This document shows, in pieces, positions 15,643-24,369 of a stretch of 40,310 nt of DNA. The notes beneath the pieces were generated by a model. The model was not told the origin of the DNA. It saw only the letters and a program-made list of their open reading frames with translations, and did no database searches. The stretch spans positions 1-40,310 of IMG/VR virus record IMGVR_UViG_3300011438_000021; one strand, given 5' to 3'. Position 1 is the first letter of the stretch. Each line of letters starts with the position of its first letter. The translations under genes and the position numbers were made by a program. The stretch is from a virus. Its lineage: Duplodnaviria; Caudoviricetes.

Positions 15643-18600
15643 ATGCCTCGCGACCCCTTCGCCGCGCCCGAGGCGTCGTTCAACATCGGCCTGTCATCGT
15701 CAGACCAGCCGCCGAGTGCGCTGGCCCCTGACAGCTTCTACGAGTCGCTCGCGGCCACGCTGTCACCCGACGAGGCCGACTTCCTGTCGAACCTCCCGCC
15801 CGACCTCGATCTGGACGACCCGGTGTTCGCCGCGCACCCGGTGCTCCAGAGCATCACCAGCAAACTCCAGTCGGCCCCGCCGTGGGCGCCGCAGGCCCCG
15901 GCCCCGCCTGACCCGCGTATCCCGACCGGCGGGGCGCTGGACGCCATCCGGGCGCTGGGCCTGCACGACCCGACGACATGGGCGCCGCCCCCGCGAGGCC
16001 CTCGCGATGTCGGCCCGCCCGCCCCGGCCCCGCTGGGCTTTCTCGCCAAGCCGTTTGAGGCGGCGATGGATGCGTTCCGGGGGTTCACCGGGCTGGGGGA
16101 GCAAGGGCCTCCGGGCCAGACGTGGACGAACGCGGGACAGGTGCTGCAGGCCGCGATGCCCCTCGCGGGGGCCGCGAAGCTGAAGGGGGCGCTCGCAGAG
16201 GTGCCGGGGCTGTTCTCGCGGGCCGAGCAGGTCGCGGCGAGCCTCCCGGCGAAGGGCGTGCATCCGAACAAGGCCCTGTCGCTGTTCAAGGCGGGCACGA
16301 GCGCCGAGGAACTGGCGTATCGCAAGGTGCCTGAGTTCCTCGCGAGCAAGGGCAACAGCCCGGTGACCGCTGCGGAGATGGCGGCGCACCTGACCGCGCA
16401 CCCGGCCCCGAGGCCGACCGTCACGCGGCTCGGCGGGCCGAACCCCGCCCGCCCGACGACGCTCCCCGAGGGCTACCGCATCAGCCCGCTCAACAATCGC
16501 ACAGACGAGTTCACGCTGGTCGGGCCTGACGGCGTCGGCACGAGACTCGGCGCGACGACGCCAGAAGAGGCGTTGGAGGAGGGCATCTCGTGGCTCGCCG
16601 AGGGTGCCCCTCGGACGACGGCCACGCACTATGCCTCGTATCAGGTGCCCGGCGGCGAGCGGTATCGGGAGAACCTCTTCACGCTGCCCGCGCCGACCGA
16701 GACGCGCTACAGGGTGAAGATCCACGACGAAAAGGGCGACCTGCAGTGGACAAGTGACGCCACGACGAGCGCCGAGCAGGTCACGGCCATCCGCGAGCGA
16801 TACGAGGGGGCTGGGTTCACCGTGAGCGTCGAGCCGGTGCAGCATCCGGTCGGGGGCTACCAGCCGCCGCACTTCGGCAAGGACGGGACAAACCTCGTCG
16901 TCCATACGCGCAGTAACGAGCGGGTGCTGCCGACCGGCGAGCGGGGCCACTACATCGAGGAGATCCAGAGCGACTGGCATCAGGCGGGGAAGGAGCAGGG
17001 GTATGCCCTGCCCTCCGAGGTCACCGCCCCGATGGACGCGGAATACCGGGCGCTCGTGCATAAAAACGCGGACGCGAGGGCGGCGGGGCGGGAACCCCTC
17101 CAAGCCGACATCGACCGCGCCCGGCAGTTAGAGGCCGCGCTGGAGCGGGCCGACAAAACGAAGATCCCCGACGCGCCCTTCAAGGAGACGTGGCCCGACC
17201 TCGCGCTGAAGCAGCACCTGCTCGACGCCGCGAACGACCCCAACGCGCAGTGGCTGGGGGTGTCCTCGGCAGACACCCAGATCGCCCGCTGGGGCAGTGA
17301 GCGCCTGCAGTGGAAACCCTCGCCGCGCCAGAGCGCCACGCTCGGGAAGCCCGCATGGACCGTGCAGTTTGAGACGCAGGTCGGCGGGGACGCGCTCGTC
17401 GGGCAGGGCATCGCGGATATGGGGGCCGAGGCGACCGCCCGGGGCCTGCAGAACGCCAACTATCGCCTCGTCACGAGTGAAGCCCAACTCGCGGACGTGA
17501 TGGGCGACAAGGGCAAGGCCGCGAAGGCGTGGAAGCGGATGCAGGCCAACCCGGACGGGGGCACCTACCTGCCCCGCGCCGAGGGGTTCCGGCAGCAGTA
17601 TGACCTGAACCTAAAAAACAAGCTGCAGGCGCTCGTGAAGCGGTTCGGGGGCACGGTGGAGCGGGCGCCGCTCGGGGGCACCTCGCGCCGCGCCATCGAG
17701 GCCGAGATGCAGGCGGTGCGGCAACAGATCGCGGACGTGCCGACCCCAGACTTATCCGGGTGGACGATTGTCGAGGAGTCAAGCAACCCCGGCACAGGAC
17801 AACGGTCGGTCGCCGTTCGGGACGCGCAGGGGGAGTGGCAGGGGTCACGGAGTGGCACACGCGGCACGGACGCGGAGATCCTGCAGGACTGGGCCGCGTC
17901 GATGCGCGAACAGGAGCAGAAGGCGCTCACTCGCGACCTGAACCGTTTGGCGCATGACTACAACAAAGCCGGGGAGGCAGGCGGCGAGGGCTGGGTCGTC
18001 CGCCTGACCGACGCGATGAAGGCCCAGATCCGACAGGCCGGGTTCCCGCTGATGGCAGCGGCGCCGATTGGCCTCGCGGTCAGCCACGAGCCGCAGAAGC
18101 CCGCGCCCGCTGCGGACCCGGCGGTGCTGGCGAAGCTGGCCGAGCAGTTCCCGGTGTTCGCGGCCACGCTCCGCAGCCATCCGCCGCCCGCCGCCGCGCA
18201 GCCGCCGAGGCCGATGCCGAGTCACCAGCCCGCGACCCCGCCGCCGCTCGCGTTCCTCGCTGAGCCGTTTGAGGCGGGCATGGACGCCCTGCGCGGGTTC
18301 ACAGGCCTCGGCGAGCAGGGGCCTGCGGGCCAGACATGGACGAACGCCGGGCAGGTGTTGGGGGCCGCGCTGCCGGTCATGGGCGGCGTGATGGGGGGAG
18401 GCCGCAAGCTCGCCACGGCCCTCCGCGAGGGCGCAGCGGCGCGTCCCACGTATGCGGAGGCGATGGCCCCCGAGGCCTTCGACCGCCTCGTGCAGCAGTT
18501 CGGCCTCAATCCGCAGGCGGCAGGCCGCGCCGCCTACGGCGAGCGCATCCTGCCCCGCCTCTCACTGGCCGAGGCCGAGGCGGCGGGCCTGTGGCACCCG

Positions 18601-19611
18601 GTCGGCGATTACAAGCGGCTGACCGTGCCGGTCGAGGGGATGCCGTTTCGGTCAGCCCCTGACCCCGCCGTCACGATGGCCCCGTCGCGCACGCTGACCC
18701 CCGCCGACCTTGAAGGCGCCGCCCTGATTCCCGCGCCCGGCGACCGCACGGCGGCGGGCACGATTGTCTCGGAGATCGGCGGGCGTCGGATCGACCCGGT
18801 GCATACCGAAGGCGGCGTGGACTTCATGCGGACGCACGACCAGTTCGGGGCGGCGTGGGCGTCCAAGCAGGGGGTCGTCCGCCGCCTCCAGAAGCACATT
18901 CGGCAGGCCTCGGAGGCCTCCCAGAAGGCGGGCGGGACCGGCGAGGTCTATCTGGTGTATATGCCCCTCTCGCATGGCGCGACCGACTTCTCGGCGATGA
19001 TGTCCGACGCCATCCTCGCGCAGGTGCAGGCAGGCGGCGTGACCGAGCGGGCGTCCAAGGCCTTCGACGCCGTGCTGCGCCGCACCCGCCCCGAGTGGAA
19101 AGGGCTGTATCACCCCGACGCCCGGGCGCAACTGATGAGCAATGGGGAACTGCGCCACGCCTTCACCGACACCATCTCGCTAGACAAGTTCACGGCGGGG
19201 CAGGGGTTCCCTGACCTCCCCACGACCCGGGCGGCGATCACGCGACCCGACCTGATGGACACCCCGGTCCTGCATGGCGGGCAAGGGGTCGCGAAGGTCA
19301 GCGGCGAGATTATCGAGAACCCCGCGAGGCCGCACACCACCTACGACACGCAACTGGCCGGGGAGTATGCGGGCGAGTTCGCCGCCCCGCTGCCCTTGGA
19401 TCAGATGTTCGCCGATTGGGTGAAGGAGCGGCGGGCGCTGGGGATGCCCACGCAGGGCGACCCGCGCTCCTTCATGCTGGGGAAGCCCGTGCAGGTCGCG
19501 ACCCCCAAATGGATCAAGCGCAACGAGAAATACCTCAAAGCCCTCGGCGCGGCGGTGGTCGCGGTCCCGGCGGCGGTCGCGTTGGCGCCGGGCGATGAGG
19601 GGCAGGACTGA
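15643..19611 (+). CDS. Large two-unit (polyvalent-type) protein, probably virion-delivered
   Basis: 1322 aa; duplicated FLAxPFEA...FTGLGEQGP.GQTWTNAGQVL module; YQVPGGERYRE / EEIQSDWHQ / PDAPFK domain. Confidence 0.7.
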   Translation: MPRDPFAAPEASFNIGLSSSDQPPSALAPDSFYESLAATLSPDEADFLSNLPPDLDLDDPVFAAHPVLQSITSKLQSAPPWAPQAPAPPDPRIPTGGALDAIRALGLHDPTTWAPPPRGPRDVGPPAPAPLGFLAKPFEAAMDAFRGFTGLGEQGPPGQTWTNAGQVLQAAMPLAGAAKLKGALAEVPGLFSRAEQVAASLPAKGVHPNKALSLFKAGTSAEELAYRKVPEFLASKGNSPVTAAEMAAHLTAHPAPRPTVTRLGGPNPARPTTLPEGYRISPLNNRTDEFTLVGPDGVGTRLGATTPEEALEEGISWLAEGAPRTTATHYASYQVPGGERYRENLFTLPAPTETRYRVKIHDEKGDLQWTSDATTSAEQVTAIRERYEGAGFTVSVEPVQHPVGGYQPPHFGKDGTNLVVHTRSNERVLPTGERGHYIEEIQSDWHQAGKEQGYALPSEVTAPMDAEYRALVHKNADARAAGREPLQADIDRARQLEAALERADKTKIPDAPFKETWPDLALKQHLLDAANDPNAQWLGVSSADTQIARWGSERLQWKPSPRQSATLGKPAWTVQFETQVGGDALVGQGIADMGAEATARGLQNANYRLVTSEAQLADVMGDKGKAAKAWKRMQANPDGGTYLPRAEGFRQQYDLNLKNKLQALVKRFGGTVERAPLGGTSRRAIEAEMQAVRQQIADVPTPDLSGWTIVEESSNPGTGQRSVAVRDAQGEWQGSRSGTRGTDAEILQDWAASMREQEQKALTRDLNRLAHDYNKAGEAGGEGWVVRLTDAMKAQIRQAGFPLMAAAPIGLAVSHEPQKPAPAADPAVLAKLAEQFPVFAATLRSHPPPAAAQPPRPMPSHQPATPPPLAFLAEPFEAGMDALRGFTGLGEQGPAGQTWTNAGQVLGAALPVMGGVMGGGRKLATALREGAAARPTYAEAMAPEAFDRLVQQFGLNPQAAGRAAYGERILPRLSLAEAEAAGLWHPVGDYKRLTVPVEGMPFRSAPDPAVTMAPSRTLTPADLEGAALIPAPGDRTAAGTIVSEIGGRRIDPVHTEGGVDFMRTHDQFGAAWASKQGVVRRLQKHIRQASEASQKAGGTGEVYLVYMPLSHGATDFSAMMSDAILAQVQAGGVTERASKAFDAVLRRTRPEWKGLYHPDARAQLMSNGELRHAFTDTISLDKFTAGQGFPDLPTTRAAITRPDLMDTPVLHGGQGVAKVSGEIIENPARPHTTYDTQLAGEYAGEFAAPLPLDQMFADWVKERRALGMPTQGDPRSFMLGKPVQVATPKWIKRNEKYLKALGAAVVAVPAAVALAPGDEGQD

Positions 19612-19796
19612 TGCCGCTTGTCTGGCTGCGCTGCCGGGACTGCGGCGTCGGGCTGTTCCTCGCCGAGGGCCAGAAGGCGTTCTGCGGGACGTGCGTCCGC
19701 ACCGCCGTGCTGCACCTCGACTGGGTGTTCCGCCTCGCGGCCCTGAACACGCCCCGCCCGGGCGTCGTGCGGCGGGTCAACCTACTCCCTCGTTGA
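19611..19796 (+). CDS. Small zinc-ribbon protein
   Basis: TGATG coupling; CRDC...CGTC. Confidence 0.55.
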   Translation: MPLVWLRCRDCGVGLFLAEGQKAFCGTCVRTAVLHLDWVFRLAALNTPRPGVVRRVNLLPR

Positions 19797-19822
19797 CAAA
19801 CCGACACCGCCAAGGCCAGACT
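19793..19822 (+). promoter_or_regulatory. Possible promoter for the scaffold/coat genes
   Basis: TTGACA-18-CAGACT. Confidence 0.4.
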
Positions 19823-19856
19823 GTGCGCTCCGTGTTCTCTTTTGGAGCATCACAGT

Positions 19857-20900
19857 TTGTCCGAGAACGGCACGCCTGAAGTTACGCCCAGCCAACCCAG
19901 CGCCCCGCTGACCGCCCCGGCAGAATCCCTGACCGAGGAAGCGGTCGCCACGGGCGACCAGTCGGCCTTCAAGGAAGCCCGTCTTGCGGAGAAGGAAGCC
20001 CGTCTAGCGCCAAAAGCCGACTCGCGCTCGGCCACGCAGGCCCGGCCTGCCGCCCCAACGGGGGCGTTATCGAAGGTAGCCTCGGAAGCTGCCAACACGC
20101 CGACACCACCCCGAGGGAACGCCAAGACCCGCATCGCCGAAGTGGATCAGGAGATCACCACGCTCAAGGCCAAACTGGCCGAGCGGGATGGCCTGCTGGC
20201 TCGCCAACGCGAGGCACCTGCTGCCGAGACGCCGCCCGAGAAGCCGAGTGGGCTAGCCCTGCCTGCCGATCTGGCGACCTACGAGGCCTACCTTGCCAAG
20301 AACCCCCGCGCCTCGCTAGAGGAGTATTTCGACGCGAGGTCGGATGCGCGGCAAGCGGTCAAGGCGCAGCAGCACGAGCAGGCTCGCCGACAGGTCGAGC
20401 GCGAACAGGAAACCGCCGCGCAGGTGAGCGCGTTCACCAAGAAGGTGAACGACGCAGCGGAGGCCGACGCGACGTTCACGTCGCGAGTGTCCCCGGTCAT
20501 CCTCGGGCTACGCCCGATCATCTCGTTGCAGCCCGGTGAGCGCCCCGGCCCCGGCAACGTCCTCGCGCAGGAACTGCTCACGTCTGAGGCCCCCGACAAG
20601 GTGATGGAGGCGTTAACCGCTGACCCGGATCTGTTCGCGAAGCTGATGTCGGCTCGACACCCGCGTGAGATCGTGCGCGGCCTCGCGAAGATCGAAGCGC
20701 AGGTGACGAGCGGCCAGCCAGCGGCCCCTCCGACCTTCAAACAATCGACGGCCCCCACGCCGCCAACGACACTGGGACGACGACCGACCGACACGATGGC
20801 CCCGACCGACGCGGCAGTCCGCGACGGGGATCAAGCGGCCTACAAAGCGGCTCGGAACGAAGAACGGGCGTTGCGGTTTGGCGGGCGGAACAACAGGTAG
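19857..20900 (+). CDS. Capsid scaffolding protein
   Basis: Lies just upstream of the coat gene; charged coiled coil; TTG start 19857 preceded by GGAG (alternative start 19842). Confidence 0.75.
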   Translation: MSENGTPEVTPSQPSAPLTAPAESLTEEAVATGDQSAFKEARLAEKEARLAPKADSRSATQARPAAPTGALSKVASEAANTPTPPRGNAKTRIAEVDQEITTLKAKLAERDGLLARQREAPAAETPPEKPSGLALPADLATYEAYLAKNPRASLEEYFDARSDARQAVKAQQHEQARRQVEREQETAAQVSAFTKKVNDAAEADATFTSRVSPVILGLRPIISLQPGERPGPGNVLAQELLTSEAPDKVMEALTADPDLFAKLMSARHPREIVRGLAKIEAQVTSGQPAAPPTFKQSTAPTPPTTLGRRPTDTMAPTDAAVRDGDQAAYKAARNEERALRFGGRNNR

Positions 20901-20903
20901 CCC

Positions 20904-22154
20904 ATGCCGAACACCTTTGAATACGCGACATGGTTGTCGATGACCTGCCTCGACCTCTTGGAGTCGAAGCGGAACGTCAGCCAGTATTTCAACACCGAAT
21001 ACAGCAAGGACTTCAAGCTGAAGTTCCCGGTCGGGGACTTCATCAACGTCCCATACCCACAGCAGTTCACGATCCGCAACGGCCTGCCCTACCAGCCCCA
21101 GCCGATCAACCGCCGCCACGCGACGGTGAACGTCTACGACCCCTTCGGCATCGACTTCGACTGGGATTCGGCAGAGCAGGCGCTCAAGGCGCCACGCGGC
21201 AAGGAGAAGGTCGAGAAGGAGATCCTCGACCCGGCGATGAGCTACATCGCGCAGGAGATCGACTCGCGCTGCGCCCAGTTCGCCTACCAGCACGCCGCCT
21301 CGGTGGTTGGCTCGCTCGGCACCGACCCGACCTCGTTCGACGCCTCGTCGGCAGCGGCGCGGCAGAAGATGCAGGAACTGGCGTGCCCCCCGACCGGCGA
21401 GCGCGGCATGATCGTCCCGCCCGTGGTCATGCGCTCCCTCAAGAACGCCTCGATCAGCTACTTCAACCCCGTCAGCGATATCAGCAAGCAGTTCCGCACC
21501 GGCATCGTCGGGAGCGGGGACGGGTTTGAGTGGTATGAGTCGATGTCCCTCTACCGGCACACCGCCGGGACGTGGGCAGGCGCGGTCACCCTCACGACCG
21601 CCGTCGCAGACGGGGCGACCACCATCGTGGTGACCGCGACCAACGGCGACACGTTCAACCCGGGCGACAAGTTCAGCTTCACGGGCGTGCTGCCGGTGAA
21701 CAACATGACGCGCCGCACCTTCGGCGTGTCGGCCAAGACGTTCAGCATCGTCAACACCGGGCAGGTCGTCGCGGCAGGCGGCACGGCCACGCTGACGATT
21801 ACCCCGGCCCTCTACGGCCCCGGTTCCCAGTATCAGAACGTCAACGTGCTGCCCATCGCGGGCAACGTGCTGACGCTCTGGCCGGGCACCGCGTCCCCGA
21901 ACGGGAAGAGCGGCACCATCGGGCTGGCGCTCCACCCGAACGCCTTCGCGCTCGTGGGCATCGAACTGGAAGAGCCGAAGAGCACCTCGGTGGAACTGGT
22001 CAGCCAGAAGCGCGACCCCGACAGCGGCGTGTCGGTCCGGTTCATCCGAGCGTGGGACCAGAACCTCTCGCGCATGACCAACCGCTTCGACGTGCAGATC
22101 GGGCTGGGCGAGTTCTACCCGGACGCGTGCGCGGTCGCGGTCGCCTGCGGCTAA
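20904..22154 (+). CDS. Major capsid protein, P22 coat family
   Basis: MPNTF...VGDFINVPYP...LALHPNAFAL...RFDVQIG..YPDAC pattern of P22 gp5-like coats. Confidence 0.9.
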   Translation: MPNTFEYATWLSMTCLDLLESKRNVSQYFNTEYSKDFKLKFPVGDFINVPYPQQFTIRNGLPYQPQPINRRHATVNVYDPFGIDFDWDSAEQALKAPRGKEKVEKEILDPAMSYIAQEIDSRCAQFAYQHAASVVGSLGTDPTSFDASSAAARQKMQELACPPTGERGMIVPPVVMRSLKNASISYFNPVSDISKQFRTGIVGSGDGFEWYESMSLYRHTAGTWAGAVTLTTAVADGATTIVVTATNGDTFNPGDKFSFTGVLPVNNMTRRTFGVSAKTFSIVNTGQVVAAGGTATLTITPALYGPGSQYQNVNVLPIAGNVLTLWPGTASPNGKSGTIGLALHPNAFALVGIELEEPKSTSVELVSQKRDPDSGVSVRFIRAWDQNLSRMTNRFDVQIGLGEFYPDACAVAVACG

Positions 22155-22162
22155 CATCGACC

Positions 22163-22198
22163 CGTGGGGGTGTTCCACGAGGAACACTCCCGCGTTTT
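22163..22198 (+). terminator. Rho-independent terminator after the coat gene
   Basis: CGTGGGGGTGTTCC-ACGA-GGAACACTCCCGCG followed by TTTT. Confidence 0.8.
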
Positions 22199-22199
22199 C

Positions 22200-22238
22200 G
22201 CCTCGCGCCCTTCGGGGAGTGCGGGCACAGGAGTTCGC
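22200..22238 (+). promoter_or_regulatory. Conserved 5'-leader hairpin plus RBS, copy 1
   Basis: GCCTCGCGC-CC-TTCG-GG-GA-GTGCGGGC-ACAGGAGTTCGC. Confidence 0.6.
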
Positions 22239-22240
22239 CC

Positions 22241-22657
22241 ATGGGTCCATCGCTCACGCCTGCCCGGTCGTTTCCCCACTTCAACTCGCTCATCTATCAG
22301 GCCAGCACCCCGGCGGTCGTCAACGCCGCCGTGAACGCGACCTACACCCCGGCGCAGGTGTTGACCGGCATGATCTTCCGCGACCCGCAGGGCGGCGTGA
22401 AGACCGACACCCTGCCGACCGCTCGCGACCTCGCGCAGGGCCTGCCGGGGGTCGCCGTAGGCACCACGCTCTCCCTGCTGGTCCGCAACGAAGGCGGCGC
22501 GACCGTGACGATTGCGGTCGGCGCAGGCGGCACGGCCAGCGGGTCGCCGCTCACCGTGCTTGTGGCGAACAATCGGGTCTTCCGCATCCGTTTCACCAAC
22601 GTGACGCCGGGCAGCGAGGCCTACACGCTCTACACGTTCGGCACCGTCGCGTTTTAA
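22241..22657 (+). CDS. Capsid decoration-like protein, paralog A
   Basis: Follows the coat gene; 138 aa; paralog of 22714-23130. Confidence 0.75.
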   Translation: MGPSLTPARSFPHFNSLIYQASTPAVVNAAVNATYTPAQVLTGMIFRDPQGGVKTDTLPTARDLAQGLPGVAVGTTLSLLVRNEGGATVTIAVGAGGTASGSPLTVLVANNRVFRIRFTNVTPGSEAYTLYTFGTVAF

Positions 22658-22668
22658 CCTCGGTTACC

Positions 22669-22709
22669 GCCTCGCGCCTCGGGAGAGGAGTGCGGGCACA
22701 GGAGTTCGC
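22669..22709 (+). promoter_or_regulatory. Conserved 5'-leader hairpin plus RBS, copy 2
   Basis: GCCTCGCGC-CTC-GGGA-GAG-GA-GTGCGGGC-ACAGGAGTTCGC. Confidence 0.6.
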
Positions 22710-22713
22710 TACT

Positions 22714-23130
22714 ATGCCGTCCCTGACCCCGGCTCGTGGGTTCCCACACTTCAACAGCCTCGTCTACCCGCAGACGACCCCCGCCGTCATCACGACGGCG
22801 GGCGCGGTCACCTACACCGCGCAGCAGCTACTGGGCGGCATGATCCTGCGCGACCCGGCGGGCGCCAGCCGCAGTGACACGCTGCCGAGCGCCGCCCTGC
22901 TGGTCGCGGCCATCCCCGGTATCGCGGTCGCGCAGTTTTTCGACGTGATCATCCGCAACGACGCGGGGGGTGCGTTCACGATTACGCTGTTGGCGGGCGC
23001 GGGCGTCACCCTCGGCGGGACCGCCACGATCGCCCAGAGCACCAGCAAGGCGCTCCGCATCCGGTTTACCAACGTCACGCCGGGCAGCGAGGCCTACACG
23101 GCCTTCTCGCTCGGGTCGCTGGTATTTTGA
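22714..23130 (+). CDS. Capsid decoration-like protein, paralog B
   Basis: 138 aa; shares SLTPAR.FPHFNSL, RDP.G, DTLP and RIRFTNVTPGSEAYT with paralog A. Confidence 0.75.
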   Translation: MPSLTPARGFPHFNSLVYPQTTPAVITTAGAVTYTAQQLLGGMILRDPAGASRSDTLPSAALLVAAIPGIAVAQFFDVIIRNDAGGAFTITLLAGAGVTLGGTATIAQSTSKALRIRFTNVTPGSEAYTAFSLGSLVF

Positions 23131-23265
23131 GCGTGTCGCTCGGCTCGACCTGATGGCGGGCCGGGCAGACCGGGGCCTGATGGGGGCGGCGTCGGCGTTC
23201 ACGTCCGCCGCGCTGTCCCCAGCCGCCCGCGATGCGTGCAACTAGTTTGAGTTCAAAGGACCGCG

Positions 23266-23616
23266 ATGTCTTACAAGATCACCGACGCCGAGAAGGCGCT
23301 GCGCGACAAGCTCGATACACTGGAATACCCCCGACTGCTCTGCAAGGCGGACGGCACGCAGGTGCGCGTCGAGAGCCTCACGGAGGCGAAGGTGGGGCTG
23401 GAGTCAGGCCTCACGCTGCTCCCGACCGCAGCCGACCCGCACGACGGCGGCACGCCGAACGTGGACCCGCAGACGGCGCTGCCGCCAGCGATTCAGGCCG
23501 CGATTGCGAGTGCGGTCAAGGCCGCGAACCCGCCCGCCGAGGCCGTCGTGCCCGAGCCGACATGGACGCCGGTCGAGGACGAGGACGAGGACGAGCCGAA
23601 GAAGCGGAAGAAGTAA
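23266..23616 (+). CDS. Hypothetical head-associated protein
   Basis: SD AAGGA; EYPRLL motif; acidic/basic tail. Confidence 0.7.
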   Translation: MSYKITDAEKALRDKLDTLEYPRLLCKADGTQVRVESLTEAKVGLESGLTLLPTAADPHDGGTPNVDPQTALPPAIQAAIASAVKAANPPAEAVVPEPTWTPVEDEDEDEPKKRKK

Positions 23617-23619
23617 GCC

Positions 23620-24369
23620 ATGCCCCCGGCTGTGACCACCCTGCGCGACGTCTGCCACGAGGCCCTGCTGGAACTGGGCGTGCTGGGCATCGTGGACCCC
23701 GGCGAGTCGGGCCTCTACGAAGTCGCCCAACGCTGGGCGAACCGGCAGATCGACCAGTGGAACGCCAACCACGACTCGGCGTGGTCGCAGACCTTCCAGA
23801 CCTTCACCCTGCCCGCCGGGAAGAACCCCGTCACCATCGGCCCGGTGACGACGGGGCCTGACCCGGCGGACCTCGTCGTGGTGCAGCGCCCGGTCAGTAT
23901 CGAAAGCTGCCGCCAGCGCATCAACTCCAGCCTCTACCCGGTGAACGTGCAGACGGCGCAGTGGTATCGGCACCAGAGCAACCCGACGTGGACCGGCGCC
24001 ACGCAGACCGACGTGTATTACGAGCCGGACTGGCCCAACGGGCACCTGTTTTTTTACCCGATTCAGTCGGGCGCGTCGGTGATGGTGCTGGAGACGCGCA
24101 CGGTGCTGTCGTTCTACGAACTGGACGACCCGGTGACCTTCCCCCCGGGCGGGCTGACCGCGTTTATCCTGACGCTCGCCGAGGGCCTGCAAGGCCCCAT
24201 GCGGATGGCGCTCAGTGAGGACGCGAAGCGCCGGGCGCGAGTCGCCCGCACGCAGTTCACGGCCAACAACCGGGAGATCCCGAACATGTCCACTCGCGAC
24301 TACGGCCTGCCGGGCGGCAGGGCGGGGCGCGGCCTGTTCAACTACAAGACCGGGCGGATACAGACCTAA
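23620..24369 (+). CDS. Head-to-tail adaptor (P22 gp4-like)
   Basis: TLRDVCHEALLELGVL...IDQWN...FYP...LAEGL pattern; gene position. Confidence 0.75.
   Translation: MPPAVTTLRDVCHEALLELGVLGIVDPGESGLYEVAQRWANRQIDQWNANHDSAWSQTFQTFTLPAGKNPVTIGPVTTGPDPADLVVVQRPVSIESCRQRINSSLYPVNVQTAQWYRHQSNPTWTGATQTDVYYEPDWPNGHLFFYPIQSGASVMVLETRTVLSFYELDDPVTFPPGGLTAFILTLAEGLQGPMRMALSEDAKRRARVARTQFTANNREIPNMSTRDYGLPGGRAGRGLFNYKTGRIQT

Noticed and set aside
23149-23183. Hammerhead ribozyme or fluoride riboswitch suggested by the CTGATG repeats
   Set aside because: It lacks the CUGANGA plus GAAA hammerhead core and the fluoride riboswitch pseudoknot consensus.
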